A program made the position numbers and the translations under genes. Shown here piece after piece: positions 14,365 to 28,334 of a stretch of 64,000 bases of DNA; position 1 is the stretch's first letter; every line of letters starts with the position of its first letter. The notes beneath the pieces were generated by a model. It searched no databases and was not told the origin of the DNA. It was given only the letters and a program-made list of their open reading frames with translations. The stretch is taken from assembly GCA_964247055.1 (NCBI GenBank), contig OZ176051.1, positions 7,192,001 through 7,256,000 on the forward strand. The letters are read 5' to 3'. Origin of the DNA: Paragordius varius (Eukaryota; Animalia; Nematomorpha).

Positions 14365-15280
14365 CATTTTCCACCGTCTTCTAAATTATTGAAGTACGGC
14401 TCTGCGAGGGTGTGTCCATTGATGCGGAAATGTATTAAGCAGGTAGCGCCAGACCAGAGAATTCAGCGGATTCAAAATTTTCCATCGGAGTGATTTTAAA
14501 GTTTTTTACTGGTTTTGCTTGTGAGACGGAACATCGTGTAAAAAGATCATTGTGCCATATCTTCTGGCCAATTCCCGTTTTTTGATTAGTATATAGTTTA
14601 AATTGGTTATTTGTTGGCCATAGTTGTTAACCATTTTACCAGGTTTAAAAGTTCATAATACCGCTCTGATACTGTCAGATATAGAGCATTATCTTCTTGC
14701 CGAACCCATTTGGCCTTGGTGTGGATAGTCCGGTTTGGTTACAAAGTAACACTTTTTATCACCCGTCACAATTCGATACAAAAATGATTTACCTCGTTAA
14801 AGCAGGATTTCAAGAGTCATCTTAAGGTTCATTCAAATTGTGTGGGTCTTATTCACCGAGTTGTATTTTCTATTGCTCTTAGGCATCTACTTATTTTATA
14901 TGATATATGCAATTATTCCAATTTTCGCTGAGTCATCGTCCAATACTCTTGCATTTTATCGTCTTCGAAGTTGTGTGCAAGAGCGCCCACACTCATCAAC
15001 ATGATATTTTTCCCAACCATGGTTCACATGTTTTATCCTTGGAGCATGTTTATTATATGTTTCTACTAGGAAACAACTAACACCCTTTTTCTTCTTATGT
15101 CGATGCGCCGCAAATGATCTTTCTGAGGCAGAATATTCCACATGATTACTAAAGGATAAAAATAAGACGTTATTTTCAGGCAACAGTTGTTTATGTCCTT
15201 TAATGTCAGATAAACATGAGGTCTGTATCAAATTAAGCGTCTGCGTATTTTTCGGTGACGTATTCCATTCTTTAAACCGG
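14365..15280 (-). mobile_element. Degenerate mariner element resembling Mos1/mauritiana subfamily, 3'-truncated
   Basis: Broken frames give LVETYNKHAP, FEDDKMQE, KSFLYRIVTGDKK, PRPNGFGKKIML and GHTLAEPYFNNLE, collinear with the recalled Mos1 transposase (FLHRIVTGDEKW, RPNRFGKKTML, GHALAEQRF). A TIR-like end (ta|ccggtttaaagaatggaatacgtc) lies at 15280. Confidence 0.82.
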
Positions 15281-15768
15281 TAGTAACTATGACTCTACAT
15301 ATGGTATAAATGTTTTTTATTCAATTTTTTTATTTAAAGAAAATATAGTACTAAAGAGAGGATTTTAAGTCAACGCGATAAGGTTTCCTTGCATAATAAA
15401 CGCTTCCTTAAATTATTAAATCGGCCAAGTAACCAAATTCAATAATAACTCCATCCGTTAACGATAAAACTATTTAACAAGCAAACCTTCACTAAAATCC
15501 ACCTTTAAAATGCCAAATCATCCTGCTACAATAAAAAATAGCATTAAATCCAACCCTTTCATAATTTATTTTTCACGCCAAAATAAAACTGATCTCCAAT
15601 ATTCGGTTGAAACAAGATTATTCAAAGAAAAAAAAATAGGTGATTTACCACTACATCATTATGAAATGAGATTTCGCATATGATTTTACAAAAATGGAAA
15701 ATGCAAAGAAAGGTATATTAATAAAAATGAATGTTTATAGAAAAATAATAAAAATATACAGTTTAGAG

Positions 15769-16345
15769 CAGTGGCACTCACCAAAAATTTGACGGGCCAA
15801 ATAAAATATATATATTTTTTTTCGAGGTCCATGAAACTTATAATGGCAAATATTCCATAACTATTTGACACATATGCACATATTTATACACTAAATCAGC
15901 ACAAAAATTTTTTGTGGATCGCATGTAAATCCAGCTAAAAACTCGTTTTGCACCATTTAGTTTAAAAAATTAAAACATTTTAAAACTATTTTGATATTAA
16001 CCAATATTTTTAAACAAATTTGGTTTCGCCTCATGACAGGCCAATCTTAATGCATCGTCTATATGATCATCGGTTTCATATTTCAACCTGCCGTCTCATG
16101 CGTGTAATTTGAGGGAAAAACAGTTCTTGACCTTTTTTTATATTTTCATATTTATTTGGCACATCTTGCCAAAACTCTACATATCTTTCTTTTCCACGAT
16201 TATCCTTGAATATAGCTTTGAAATTGGAATCTTTAAAATCTACGAATTCTTCAATGATAAGTGCCTGATCAAAACCGAAATGCTCAAGTTGCTTAAAATT
16301 GGATATATTTAGAATTGTGATTTTGACCCCCTTTTTCAAAAAAGG
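15769..16345 (-). mobile_element. hAT (Charlie/Buster-like) transposase C-terminal fragment with element terminus
   Basis: EFWQDVPNKYENIKK and TDDHIDDALRLA resemble the hAT dimerisation region; a hAT-like end, cagtggcactcacc..cgggccaaat, starts at 15769. Confidence 0.65.
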
Positions 16346-16568
16346 GGGTTAGACTTAGGTCATACCATATGTTATTGCCAATAATAAATAACTACACACA
16401 TAAATACTTGATTAAATTACATAAAAAAGGGTTAATATATGTCTTTTTTAATTTAAAAGTAAAAACAACTTATTTACCCAAACACAAGAATATATTAATT
16501 ATTAACAATCATAAGTCAAATGATTTTACATAAATTTAATAATATATTGATTTATATTTAATACTGAC

Positions 16569-17222
16569 ATGTATCGGTTAAAGTACAATAATTTTTGGTC
16601 AACTAACCCACAATCAAACTTTAATAATATACCAAATAATGTATCTTATAACCTATCAAGATCTGTTTGGAATACCAAAGACTTTTATCCGCTTATGTGC
16701 AAATCGGATAAGAATGATAACACGCTACACTCACAAAATTGTTGTAAAAAATACCATGGTTTTGACATAAACGATGACTCGCAAATGTTAAACATAATAG
16801 AAAAGAGCAATTGGGATCAACAATTATGGAGTATTAAAGGACCCATTTCGATTACGCCGGAAAAATCGTCTTTCAATTTTCTAAAAACGGAAGATTTGTT
16901 AAGTGAGGCCACCATTCAATCAAAAAAGGAATATGATATTAGAAATAATGAGACATTAATTTTGACCGGTACCATTGAAATAGGTAAAAATAAACAACAA
17001 AATGCGTTCGGTTACCTTGAATTTAGAATTAAAAGTTGTGATACTCTACATTCCAAGGAAAGTGATTTTAAGTATGACATAAATAAATTATCGTCCGGTA
17101 AAGAGTTGCTAAACGCTGCCCTAATACTAAGATTATGTGCTAAAGATAATACAACCTATTTGGAAACTATTGGGAAAATTGCTGAAAGGAGAATAGCAAC
17201 ACAACAGGTTACTAAAATTTAA
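16569..17222 (+). CDS. Intronless 217-aa ORF of unknown function
   Basis: ATG to TAA, 654 nt open in very AT-rich DNA; Asn/Ser-rich N-terminus, globular-looking C-terminal half; ATTAAA just after the stop. No family recognised. Confidence 0.5.
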   Translation: MYRLKYNNFWSTNPQSNFNNIPNNVSYNLSRSVWNTKDFYPLMCKSDKNDNTLHSQNCCKKYHGFDINDDSQMLNIIEKSNWDQQLWSIKGPISITPEKSSFNFLKTEDLLSEATIQSKKEYDIRNNETLILTGTIEIGKNKQQNAFGYLEFRIKSCDTLHSKESDFKYDINKLSSGKELLNAALILRLCAKDNTTYLETIGKIAERRIATQQVTKI

Positions 17223-19787
17223 AAACATTAAATAACGCTATATAGACATTTATTATTCTTTATGAAGCATAATTTGGTTCAAATCATAAACAATATATAT
17301 CTTGATTATATATAATCGGAAACATCAGGATAATGGTAATGTGAGGAGTGATTAAAAAAGAAATCAACACTATTGTCCTGCTGCTTCATATTAGAAAATT
17401 TAAACACATTGTCTTTAATCAAAATGTTTTGTTGAAAGATAAATGCTTTATTCCAAAAAATATCATTAAATACATTAAAAACTACCTATAAAAAGCAAAA
17501 CGAATTGAAATTTTAGATGCGGGCGCTCCGAAAGTGTCCTCGTTAATAATGAACAAGTTCTCCTAAAATTTAGGCATAAGGACCAAGTTTGCGAGAAAAA
17601 AGTTTAAAGATATGCTACAAATATTAATATTCTCATAAAAACTCTTCGCTTTTATTGTTAAAAAGCTCAAGGGGGGATATTATTTGAGACTTTGTGAGTG
17701 TAAGTCCAAAAATTAAATATAGTTTATGATAAAATTTATTGATTTTTTTACTATGAGGCATTTAGCGTTCACCAAAAAATTTATTAAACATAATGTGCGC
17801 TGAGCACCACAAATACGAATAAATATCATATATCACTCATAGCCCTGAACCAAAATCACCAAGACAATCATCTACCAATCAGAATATATAAATTTTACGA
17901 GTTCTATGCACTCGGTTGGTGCTTAGAGAATAGAGCTAAAAAATATTGAATTTGAAAGCCTGCGGCTTTAAATTTAACACTTGGCTACACACATTTATTT
18001 TAGTCATTCGATCAAAGTGGGTTTGGTCACCCAAGCATTTATGTTAAATATTATAAAATAATTTATACCATGGCAAAGTTTGAACTTCTTTTGACTAACC
18101 GTAATATAAAAAATTGTTTAACAACACTTGATATTGCTTATTTTATGGGTAAACCTGCAGGTTGAATTTTAACCAACATGAAAGTGTGTATTATATAAAA
18201 ATAATGCAATAAACACCAATTTTTGCTTTAAATTAATGTAAGATGTAGTTTTTCAAATAATAACATTTAGCGTTAGAGTCAAAAAAAGACGATATCCTGC
18301 AAAAATGTTGTAAAAAATGGCGTCTAAGCAGTTTCATATCGATTTTTTCAAAACTAAGTTTAATTTAATTTGGCTAATTTATATATTTTATCAGGTTAGA
18401 AGCATAAATTTAAATTAAAAGCGTATCTTCAGTAGTTTTTTAAGAATAATAATTTAAATATGATGTGACATTAATTACCCCAATTTCAATCGAATTGATT
18501 TTATTTGGCTTATTTCATGACCTTTTGGGGTAGTTGTATATCCTAGTGCAATTAAATATTAATGTCACAATATTTTTAGCATTGGGCCAGAAATATACTT
18601 CCTTTAGCCTTTTAGGCGCATGATACAATTTTTTTTCAAAATAATATAAAATTGCAATAAATCCTTATCTACTCAGCCACTTTTTTTCTTTAAATTTTTT
18701 AAATCATGAACAGGGAAATTTTTATGGTTGAATATAAATAATATACTTTGGAAAGTTTTGAATTTTTTAGAACAATTTTTTTATATTAATTGTTTTATAC
18801 CAGCTGTTCTTTTTAATGTTTTGCATCAATTCAGAGTACTGTAATATTTCTAAGTTAAATCTAAACGGGTGAAGAGCGTTGATAATTAATTTGTAATCAA
18901 AATAACTTTCAAAACACTAGTTTGTTTAATATGCTTTGGAGTAGTGTCCTAAAATGTCATCGCGTACAAAAAATTTAAAGGTGAAATGTCAATTTTTTTG
19001 GAAATAATTACAGTTTTTACCATAATTTTTATTATATAATCCACTAATTTAGCTTCTTTCTGAGATGAAGAAATTATTACAAAAGTAAGAATAAAATAAA
19101 TTCGTAGGGGAAAAAAGCAAAAACTCTATGGTTATTCTGATATTCTAACATAATATATAAAATCAAAATTTTATTTAAGTAGAAGGCGTAGGAAACAATT
19201 ACAAAAGTGGCATAAACTACTTGGATAAAAATGGGGTATCTATAGACCTCATTTATTTAACTTAATATATTTACCAAGTTACTCTAAGAAACGGTTCCAG
19301 ATATACTTTTATCCGTATATAAATAGGCCAAAATAGCTAAATATTTTTTTAAAAAAAAATAACATATCAACTACCTATAGTCCCATAAATTTTTTTGTAA
19401 ATATCATGTTTATTTGAATTAACGTTCAAATTAAATCTTAATTAATTAAATCACATCTATTCATATCTATAAAAAGTGGTTTATTTGGATTATTTTTATA
19501 TTAATGAACACTACTATTATCTTGAAATTCATCCATAAAATATGTAATATCAAGTTTTTTTTATAATCTTTTATATGATAGGAAAATGTATCAATTTTGG
19601 TATTGGCCCTTACGGGTGATATAATAAAGTTAACTTTTGTGGCAAGTAGTCCATCTTCAAAAATGGCAAAATTTGGGCACATTTTTTCGAATAATATTTT
19701 TTTGGTAAAAATGCTTCATTCCAAAAATATCCCTAAAATACAATATAAACTATATATGAAAAACAATATTTTTAAATATTTTAATTA

Positions 19788-20393
19788 GATGTGGGTTCGG
19801 AAAGTCCCAAATTTTTTCCCTCGTCTAATATGGGCTACTATTAAATTAAACATAAACGGGATCGGCGATAAATATTTAATATGCTATATTTTGACATAAA
19901 AACGTTTAATTTTTAGAAGTAATTTGTTAACACATACTTTATACTACAGGAATGATGAACGGTATAAAAACGCTTTAGATATTAAAAATTTATATGATAT
20001 GATTAGACTGAATATTTTATCAGCGCAGAATTTTGTTTAAAATATTCGTTCGTCATATAATGTCAAATATATTGGGTTTTTTAATAAAATACCAAAATCT
20101 GGAACTAACCGAACCTTTATATAAAAATTCTGAAGCGAGAGAATTGTTCAGAATCATCAGATTTTATAGAAAAAGTGTTTTAAAAAGCGTTTTACCGTTT
20201 CCAACATGCCTAAAAATAGAATAAAGTACGTTTGCACAAAATATTAAAAAAAATCAAACTTTTGTAAAAATTATGCATTAGATGTCAAAATCTAGCATAT
20301 AAATTTTATTCCCCAATCCTGGAATTTTTGAATATCAAAAAAAACTAGCCCCATTTTAAAAGATCAAAAAAATTATCTTTCGGAGCCCACATT
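19788..20393. mobile_element. MITE family C copy (about 600 bp, ends gatgtgggy(t)ccgaaag)
   Basis: Left gatgtgggttcggaaag, right ctttcggagcccacat; related ends at about 17517 and 58755-59352. Confidence 0.55.
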
Positions 20394-20573
20394 AAATTAA
20401 AATATTATTTGTTTTGCTTTTTATAGGTAATAAAATAATTATATTTTGTGATATTTTTGAGAAAAAAAACATTTAGCTTTCACCAACAATAATTTAAAAA
20501 AATGTTGTGAAATCATGCCATTTGCTGACATGGAGCAATTACAAAAAAATGCACCATGATATTTCTGTTAAAT

Positions 20574-20575
<2 letters not shown>

Positions 20576-20641
<66 letters not shown>
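20576..20641. repeat. (AT)n microsatellite, about 33 units
   Basis: Direct reading. Shorter (AT)n runs at about 26035-26058 and 28300-28330. Confidence 0.98.
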
Positions 20642-20643
<2 letters not shown>

Positions 20644-21206
20644 TCAAGTTATTTATATCCAATTTTGGAGGTAGCGTAAGTGCAAACATCTGCAGGATTT
20701 TCTATTTATATTTTAAGATATATTAGATTTAAAACAGGCTGGAAGTCGCCAAACTCAAATTTGTTCCGAGGATTGAAATGAATGTGTTAAGTTTTAAACT
20801 ATTATGGCCCAAAAAAACTATAAGAATTTCGATACATCTAACTTTAAATATATATTTTATAATCATTTTTGATAATTCTGTCTCATAGTAATCTGGGTGT
20901 TAATCTATAAATATTTATTATTTCATCATATAATTTATTAACATAGACCTCATTTACTGGTCACTCATACAAGTTTGTTATTATTACCAAGTCAACTGAG
21001 ATTAGCGCGAAAATTTTTGCTTCCAAAAAAGACTGTTCTGATCTGATTGTCTACCAAACAAGTTGCAACAAGTTTGATGAGAAAAATAATTTTATTGTTA
21101 TAAAAAAATATGGAAATTATTGTATTGATATTATAAATCTTTCAATAAATATAAAATAAAATGATCACCTGTGATTTCATATCTTCATGATATCGGTATA
21201 TCAAGC

Positions 21207-24200
21207 ATGCTTCAAAAAAATTCAAATTTTATCGATGGCAATTCATTATTGCGTAATATTGTTTTTCAAAATTGGATAAAACTACATGTGAAATTAACCG
21301 TTGATATAAATTATGATATCAAATCCCTAACGAAACTTGTTAACCAATTATTTAATCAAACTTTATTTAATCGCTTTTCTTCTAATGAAGAACTGTATTA
21401 TCAATTGTCCCATTTCTTACACCTAGATATAAATTCTAAATTAAGGGGTAAATTTTATGAAATTTTCATTATATACCGAAAAATTTTAAAAAATTCCGAA
21501 ATCGCCACGCTTCTGTTTTAACAACAAAGAATTAATCCTTTGTACTATTTTAACCCTTGTTTCATTATTTGTCATTTTATTGAGTATATAACAATATATA
21601 TGTCACTTTTATACACTTTTATCAACTACAAAAAGAATATATCACTAAGGAATTATGTAAATTATTTATGATTTATAAAACATATAGGTATAAATGCAAT
21701 TTTGTTTAACAAACTTTGTTTGTTTTATGTTTGCAACAAAAACTATGGAACTGAAATCTTCACAATTTTATTAGAAGAGTTTATAATATGAAAAAGGATA
21801 GACCAACATAACAATGTTGTATACCAATAATTTTGATAAATTCTTTTTTTTAATTTTTGTTTAAATGATTAATTTTCTAATGTTAAATGCAGGACGACGA
21901 TATTAGAATTTCTAAAAAATAGTGGTGTCCGATTAATTTTTTTGCCTAAATCATCATAAAAATTAAAATAATTTTTTTATTATCAGCCTATAAATAGATA
22001 TACAGTCATGTAGACTTTATATTGTTAAAAATTTACTTTTTTTTGTTAATTGGGTATTAATATTTGGTAAAGAACATAAAAACAAGAGCTATATGGTATT
22101 ACCATATCATATTCTTTAAAAAGTAAAAGAAGTGTGGGGGAAGGGCGTCGGAAATCTTTAGTAAAAAATGAAAATCTTAAAATATTGTTATAGGGGAATA
22201 GTAATATTTTTGTTAATCTTTTAGCAAAATTTATATGTTGATTTTTTTTAAAAAAATTATTTCGCAGTACACATTTGAAAGAGGATTGACGTGAGAATTA
22301 ACATAATTAATTTGATGAATATTTTGTATGTTAAATTTTGAGAATATTACAGCAATTTATGTTAACATTTAAAATATTGTGTTACGTATTTAGATGCGGA
22401 ATTTTGTGGGTTTTTATTCTTAATAATTTAATAATTAGTAAAATGGGTATTTTAAATATATTTATGATTCATAATTAAATTCAATAATTACTATTTTTCA
22501 ACATGATAAATACCTTTATTAATCAAAATTGGTATTATTATTTTAAATAGTTGTTATTAGTAATTAAAATACAGGTTATATATTTATGAAAATTTAATTA
22601 GATTATAGATTGGTTTTGTTTTTATGTTTTTCATGGTTAATTTTTATGTGTTTACATTTTAATCAGGTAAAAATTGCGGTTTTTAAATTTAATCAAATTT
22701 AATTTTTTTTGTTTTTTTATTTAACATTGTTAATTGTAATTAAATACTACATATTTGGAAATTTTAAAAATACAGGTAAAAATTTCAATAATAATTTTTT
22801 TGTATCATTGTTATTTGTTATTAATTATGAAATATTTTTGACATCTAAATAACAGGTGAAAATTGCGGTTTTTAATAAAATTAATAAATTTTTAATATTT
22901 TGTTCAACCTGGCTAATTTATTCAAATGATAATAATTTTTACCTGTATATATCAATGTATCAAAAATATATAGTAATTAACAAATTTTACTAATTTATTA
23001 AAAACGGCAATTTTCACCTGTTTTTTAAATGTCCAAAATATTTATTAATTAAAAACAAATAACAATGATACAAAATAAAAAAAAAATTTGAAATTTGTTA
23101 TAAACCGGAATTTTTACTTGTATTTATTAAAATGACAAAATAAAATAATTACAAATAACAATGCAAATCCTAAAAAACAAAATCTCAATTTTTATTAAAT
23201 TTATTAAAAACTGAAAATTTTATTGTAGTTATTAAAATGTCCACAATATATAATTAATTACAATTACCAATGAAATAAAAATAAATTTGAAATTAACTGC
23301 CATTTTTACCTGTATTTTAAAATTTCCAATATGTAGTAATTAATTACAATTTGCAATGCAAATCCAAACATAAAAATTAAATTTGACTAAATTTAAAAAC
23401 CGCAATTTTTACCTGTATTTTTTAAAATTTCCAAATATGTAGTATTTAATTACAATTAACAATGTTAAATAAAAAAAGAAAAAAATTAAATTTGACTAAA
23501 ATTGCAATTTTTAGCTGATTAAAATGTAAAATAAATATTAACCATGAAAAACATAAAAACAAAACCAATCTATAATTTAATTAAATTTTCACAAATATAT
23601 AACCTGTATTTTAATTACTAATAACAATTATTTAAAATAATAATACCAATTTTGATTAATACAGGTATTTATCATGTTGAAAAATAGTAATTATTGAATT
23701 TAATTATGAATCATAAATATATTTAAAATACCCATTTTACTAATTATTAAATTATTAAGAATAAAAACCCACAAAATTCCGCATCTAAATACGTAACACA
23801 ATATTTTAAATGTTAACATAAATTGCTGTAATATTCTCAAAATTTAACATACAAAATATTCATCAAATTAATTATGTTAATTCTCACGTCAATCATCTTT
23901 CAAATGTGTACTGAGAAATAAATTTTTTAAAAAAAATCAACATATAAATTTTGCTAAAAGATTAACAAAAATATTACTATTCCCCTATAACAATATTTTA
24001 AGATTTTCATTTTTTACTAAAGATTTCCGACGCCCTTCCCCCACACTTCTTTTACTTTTTTAAAGAATATGATATGGTAATACCATATAGCTCTTGTTTT
24101 TATATTCTTTACTAAATATTAATACCCATTTAACGAAAAAAAGTAAATCTTTAACAATATAAAGTCTACATGACTGTATTATGATATATTGACATTAATA

Positions 24201-27200
24201 GAGTATATAGCCTTTTTGATGATTTAATTAATTTACAATTTTGCGACGTGTGCGGCGTTTTTTATGGCTTTAGAGTACAAAGTTAACCACCAGAAAGTTT
24301 ATATTAATCCCTCTATCATCAATAGTTTTAAACATTTTATATGGCTTACAAGTGTTGAATAATCCAACTTGAAACTATAATTAATTTTATAATTATTTAT
24401 TAAATCATAAAAATGTTTTTTTCTTCAAAGCATTTATTTTTAAAACGGTCAAATTATGATATGAACAACATTAATTTGTGTGACACACATTACCATAGTG
24501 GCTTTTTTTTTAAAAAAAGATAATTTTTTCGCTCAAGAATTTTTATTTCGTCTTTGTTTATAATGAAATATTTTTTACTTTGTACAATAATTATTATTTT
24601 TTAATTATTTTTGAAGCATAAAATTTGTTCGAATGGCAATTTTTAAATTACGGTTCTGGCATAAAATATATTATGATATGATAAATAAAAATAGATAGGT
24701 TGATTTGCCTTCTAAAATTTTGTTAAAGTTATATCGTATGACTGACTAATAAGGTATATTACAGTTGTCCTTATATTACATTGTTTTAATAATCAGCATT
24801 AACTCTGAATTTTGTAATTATTTAGCATTTAAATCGCTTTTGTCCTTGGGAAAATTATTGATACTCATATTTTACGTATTTTTTCGTATAATTATTTTGA
24901 TTTATTAAAAAATGCGTCGTTTTAATTTTTTTATCCGCCTAATGCTAAGTCTAATCATTCAAAGTAGCTTCGATTTAAAAATTTAAACCTTTTTTTACTT
25001 TTTTTGTAAGAAAAAGTAAACGATAAAAAATATTATTGGTTTTAATATTTTAATCAAAGTTTCAGTACTGATACGACTGATTTAAAATTAATTTCTATCT
25101 AAAGTCTTTAAATTAATACTTAAAAGTTGTAAGTATTTATAGTTGTTTGTTTAATATTTTACAACATTAAATTTTTTTTCATAACTAATATATAATTTAT
25201 TTTTTATGACTAAAATAAATTATATCAAAACAATTTTACGGACACCCCTAGATACGATCGATGATAACATTGATGATGAAGTCGCCATATATAATGAACT
25301 TTTGTGGGCCATCATAGTAAATTATCAAATTTTGCATCCCAAATGCTTTTTCACGGGCTCAGAAAGTTCCACTACTATTTCCCCCATTCCCTCCGACCAA
25401 GAATTAATAGATGTCACTTTGATTGGGTTGAATAGCGTGTTTAATTTGTCAAATAATGCCTACATCAATAATTTGACGGATGATTGGGCCGATGGGAAAT
25501 TGTTACAGTATAATAAATAACCTTAAAACTTAAATTATAAGCATTCTTAAAGTTGTAAATATTTATTATATTTAAGATGTCGGCTTTTTCCGTTTATTTT
25601 ACTTTCAGAACCAGCGCAATGAGTACTTTTTAGCAATGTATATAATAAGATGTTGAAATATTGCGTTTGGAATCGTTTTTAAATTTATTTTTTTTCAAAA
25701 TGAGTAAACTAAAATCCTCGAAAAACATAGCGAAAAATTTGGATTTAATTTAATTTTATTTATACGGATATTATATTAATCACATTTTATTGCTTTTTTT
25801 TGGAAAAGATGGAGAGGCCTTATTTCTAATAAATAATATATTTTTTATTCATCTGAGGTTAGCTATCTTTTTAAATTTCCTGTGTTAATCACGATAAAAA
25901 ATAGGAATTTTTCATTTGGGTCTTTGGAGCAAATTGGCTTTTTACTCTTCAGTTCATTGAAAAAATATTTTTAACCCAATAATTCCCAATCATTATTTTA
26001 AATAAGTTAAAGCAACGCGTGACAGGGCACAACTTATATATATATATATATATATATAGAAACATATTTATATTTTTTTTTCTCAAATAATATTTATTTT
26101 AGCTTATTGATTGACTGGTGTGTTGGGATCCAGAAAAAAACGCTTCATACTAAATCGAACTCAGGGTAGATATTATATATTAATCATTATAACTAATTAA
26201 CCATGCGTATTATAAAAAGGCAAGACCTAAGTATTTGTTTCCTTTTGGTAATTTTTCAATCATTAATCAATATATATTATATATATATTGTAATTTATTG
26301 TTAAAAAACTAAAATTTTGTAAGATTACTAATATACATTATATTAATTAATACAATATATAACTGTAAGAAGATCATCATCATTTAACACATTTTTTTAT
26401 TCTACAGTTAATTAACCTAGATTAAAGCAGAGATATACATTTCAATTTATTTCATTCACACACTTTTCTATCTAAATTGCGTTGAGAGAGTTCTGTTATA
26501 TTTATCTTTTCTTAGTAGTGATTTATAAATAAAAATGAAAAGTGAAGATAAATCAGTATATAAATGTTTGTTTTGCTTATCAATGAATTTTATCAGTTTA
26601 AAACAAAAGTAACATTTATTAGATTTATAAACTTAAAATCTACAATAACAACCGATAACTAAAAAGGAATTTACTTAAGAAACCTGCATTGTAAATGTTT
26701 TATACATAGCTTCGAACCGGGTCGAAAAAAGTGAAACCGGAATCGGAACGCTTATATGGAACCGTGTTACTAAAATTTTGGAATAACCTAATTGGTTCTA
26801 TAAAAATTAAACGGTGGCGAAACCATTTCACATTTAGTCCCGGTTTCAGATTGGTTCCTGATTTTTCATTAAAAAATTTCATACAACAGTTCTACAAGAA
26901 TAGTAAATCAAAACATAACTTATTGGAATAGCCATAACTTAAAAAAATGGTTGCATTTTTAACCTGAATGCATTGAAATTATTGCTTAAAAAATTCTATA
27001 AAATTAATTTTATATTTATGTTTTACAACTTAAGCCGTGGTCGGCCTAAATTCATCGATTCATATAAGAGCAGATTTTTGTATTGAGGTCTATTTTGGTT
27101 TTAATAGTTCTATCGACTTATATAACATCAAATAGCATATCTAAAATTAGCAAAATAACAAAAATAACCAATCTCTAATATAATAGGTATGCGATTTTTT

Positions 27201-28295
27201 TAAATTATTTATCTGTACATAAAGAAGCGTATAATCGTAAGTTCCATATTATGGTATAGAACCATTTTTTCCTTCTAAATCCATAAACATTATCTTATAA
27301 ACCATTAACTCCTCTTCACCCTTTAACAATTTAAATTCACCCTAAGAACAATTCAAAATTACCTTCGAACAATTTAAATTTACCCTAAAAAATTATATGC
27401 TTTATCAAAATTACCTATAAAATTTTTGAAAATTAAATTTCGTTTAAAATTTACATGTACAAAAAAATAATAAATTCTATAAAGAAATAGCTCATATTAA
27501 TGTTGGGTTATATTATCCACCAAACATAATTTATTTTTAGGGTAAATTTGAAATGTTTCAGGGTGAATAAGAGGTGTAAAGGGTATATAATTAAATTTTC
27601 ATAAATATTTTCTACAGTAAATTCAATGCGTACACTTTTAATGCCGCCCTACAAAGGGGCAAACAAGAACTCCGTATCCCTGATCTGTTTGGTGAAGATG
27701 GGTTGGATGCAATCAAGAGCGCTAACGGTTGCCTAGACAACCGTGCTATGTTAACGTATCTTTCCTTGTTTACACAGAATGCCTTACCTTTGGCTCTCGA
27801 AGCAGGGAAAGTATCGTCCGGTAAAATGTATTCAAATCCGTATCCTGATACGAAAAAACAATCGCTCTTTGCAAATTCAAGTATCATGTATATCGGGCCA
27901 TTTTGTACAACCTTATTGGCTTGGATTAATGAGAAATTGGATTTGGCTTTGACCGTCGATAATTTTTCTGTGAGTCAATTAATTTATATTAGCATAATAA
28001 TGTGCTTAATGCTATTTTTGTAGACTTTAACAGGTCTTTTACGGTTAATTGGATTAGAAATGATTAAAAAAAAAATTCATTAAGTTACCAGTTTTCGCAA
28101 TTTTCGGGTAAAATTTTACCTTTTTTCTATTTTCATAGCATTCTTGGGTGGATGGAATGTTGCTTGAAGCACTTGTTTCACTGTTTTCAAATCATTACAT
28201 TTTGGACGATATAAGAGGAAAAGCCAAGCATATCACAACTGAAAGTGAAAAGTCCAACACTAATGTATCCAAAAGCGCAGAATGTAAAATTTATA

Positions 28296-28334
<39 letters not shown>

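Noticed and set aside
26700-26931. Overlapping 60-66 aa ORFs in a filamin intron
   Set aside because: No recognisable protein motifs or matching splice phases; aaccg/cggtt motifs suggest a degenerate DNA-transposon remnant.
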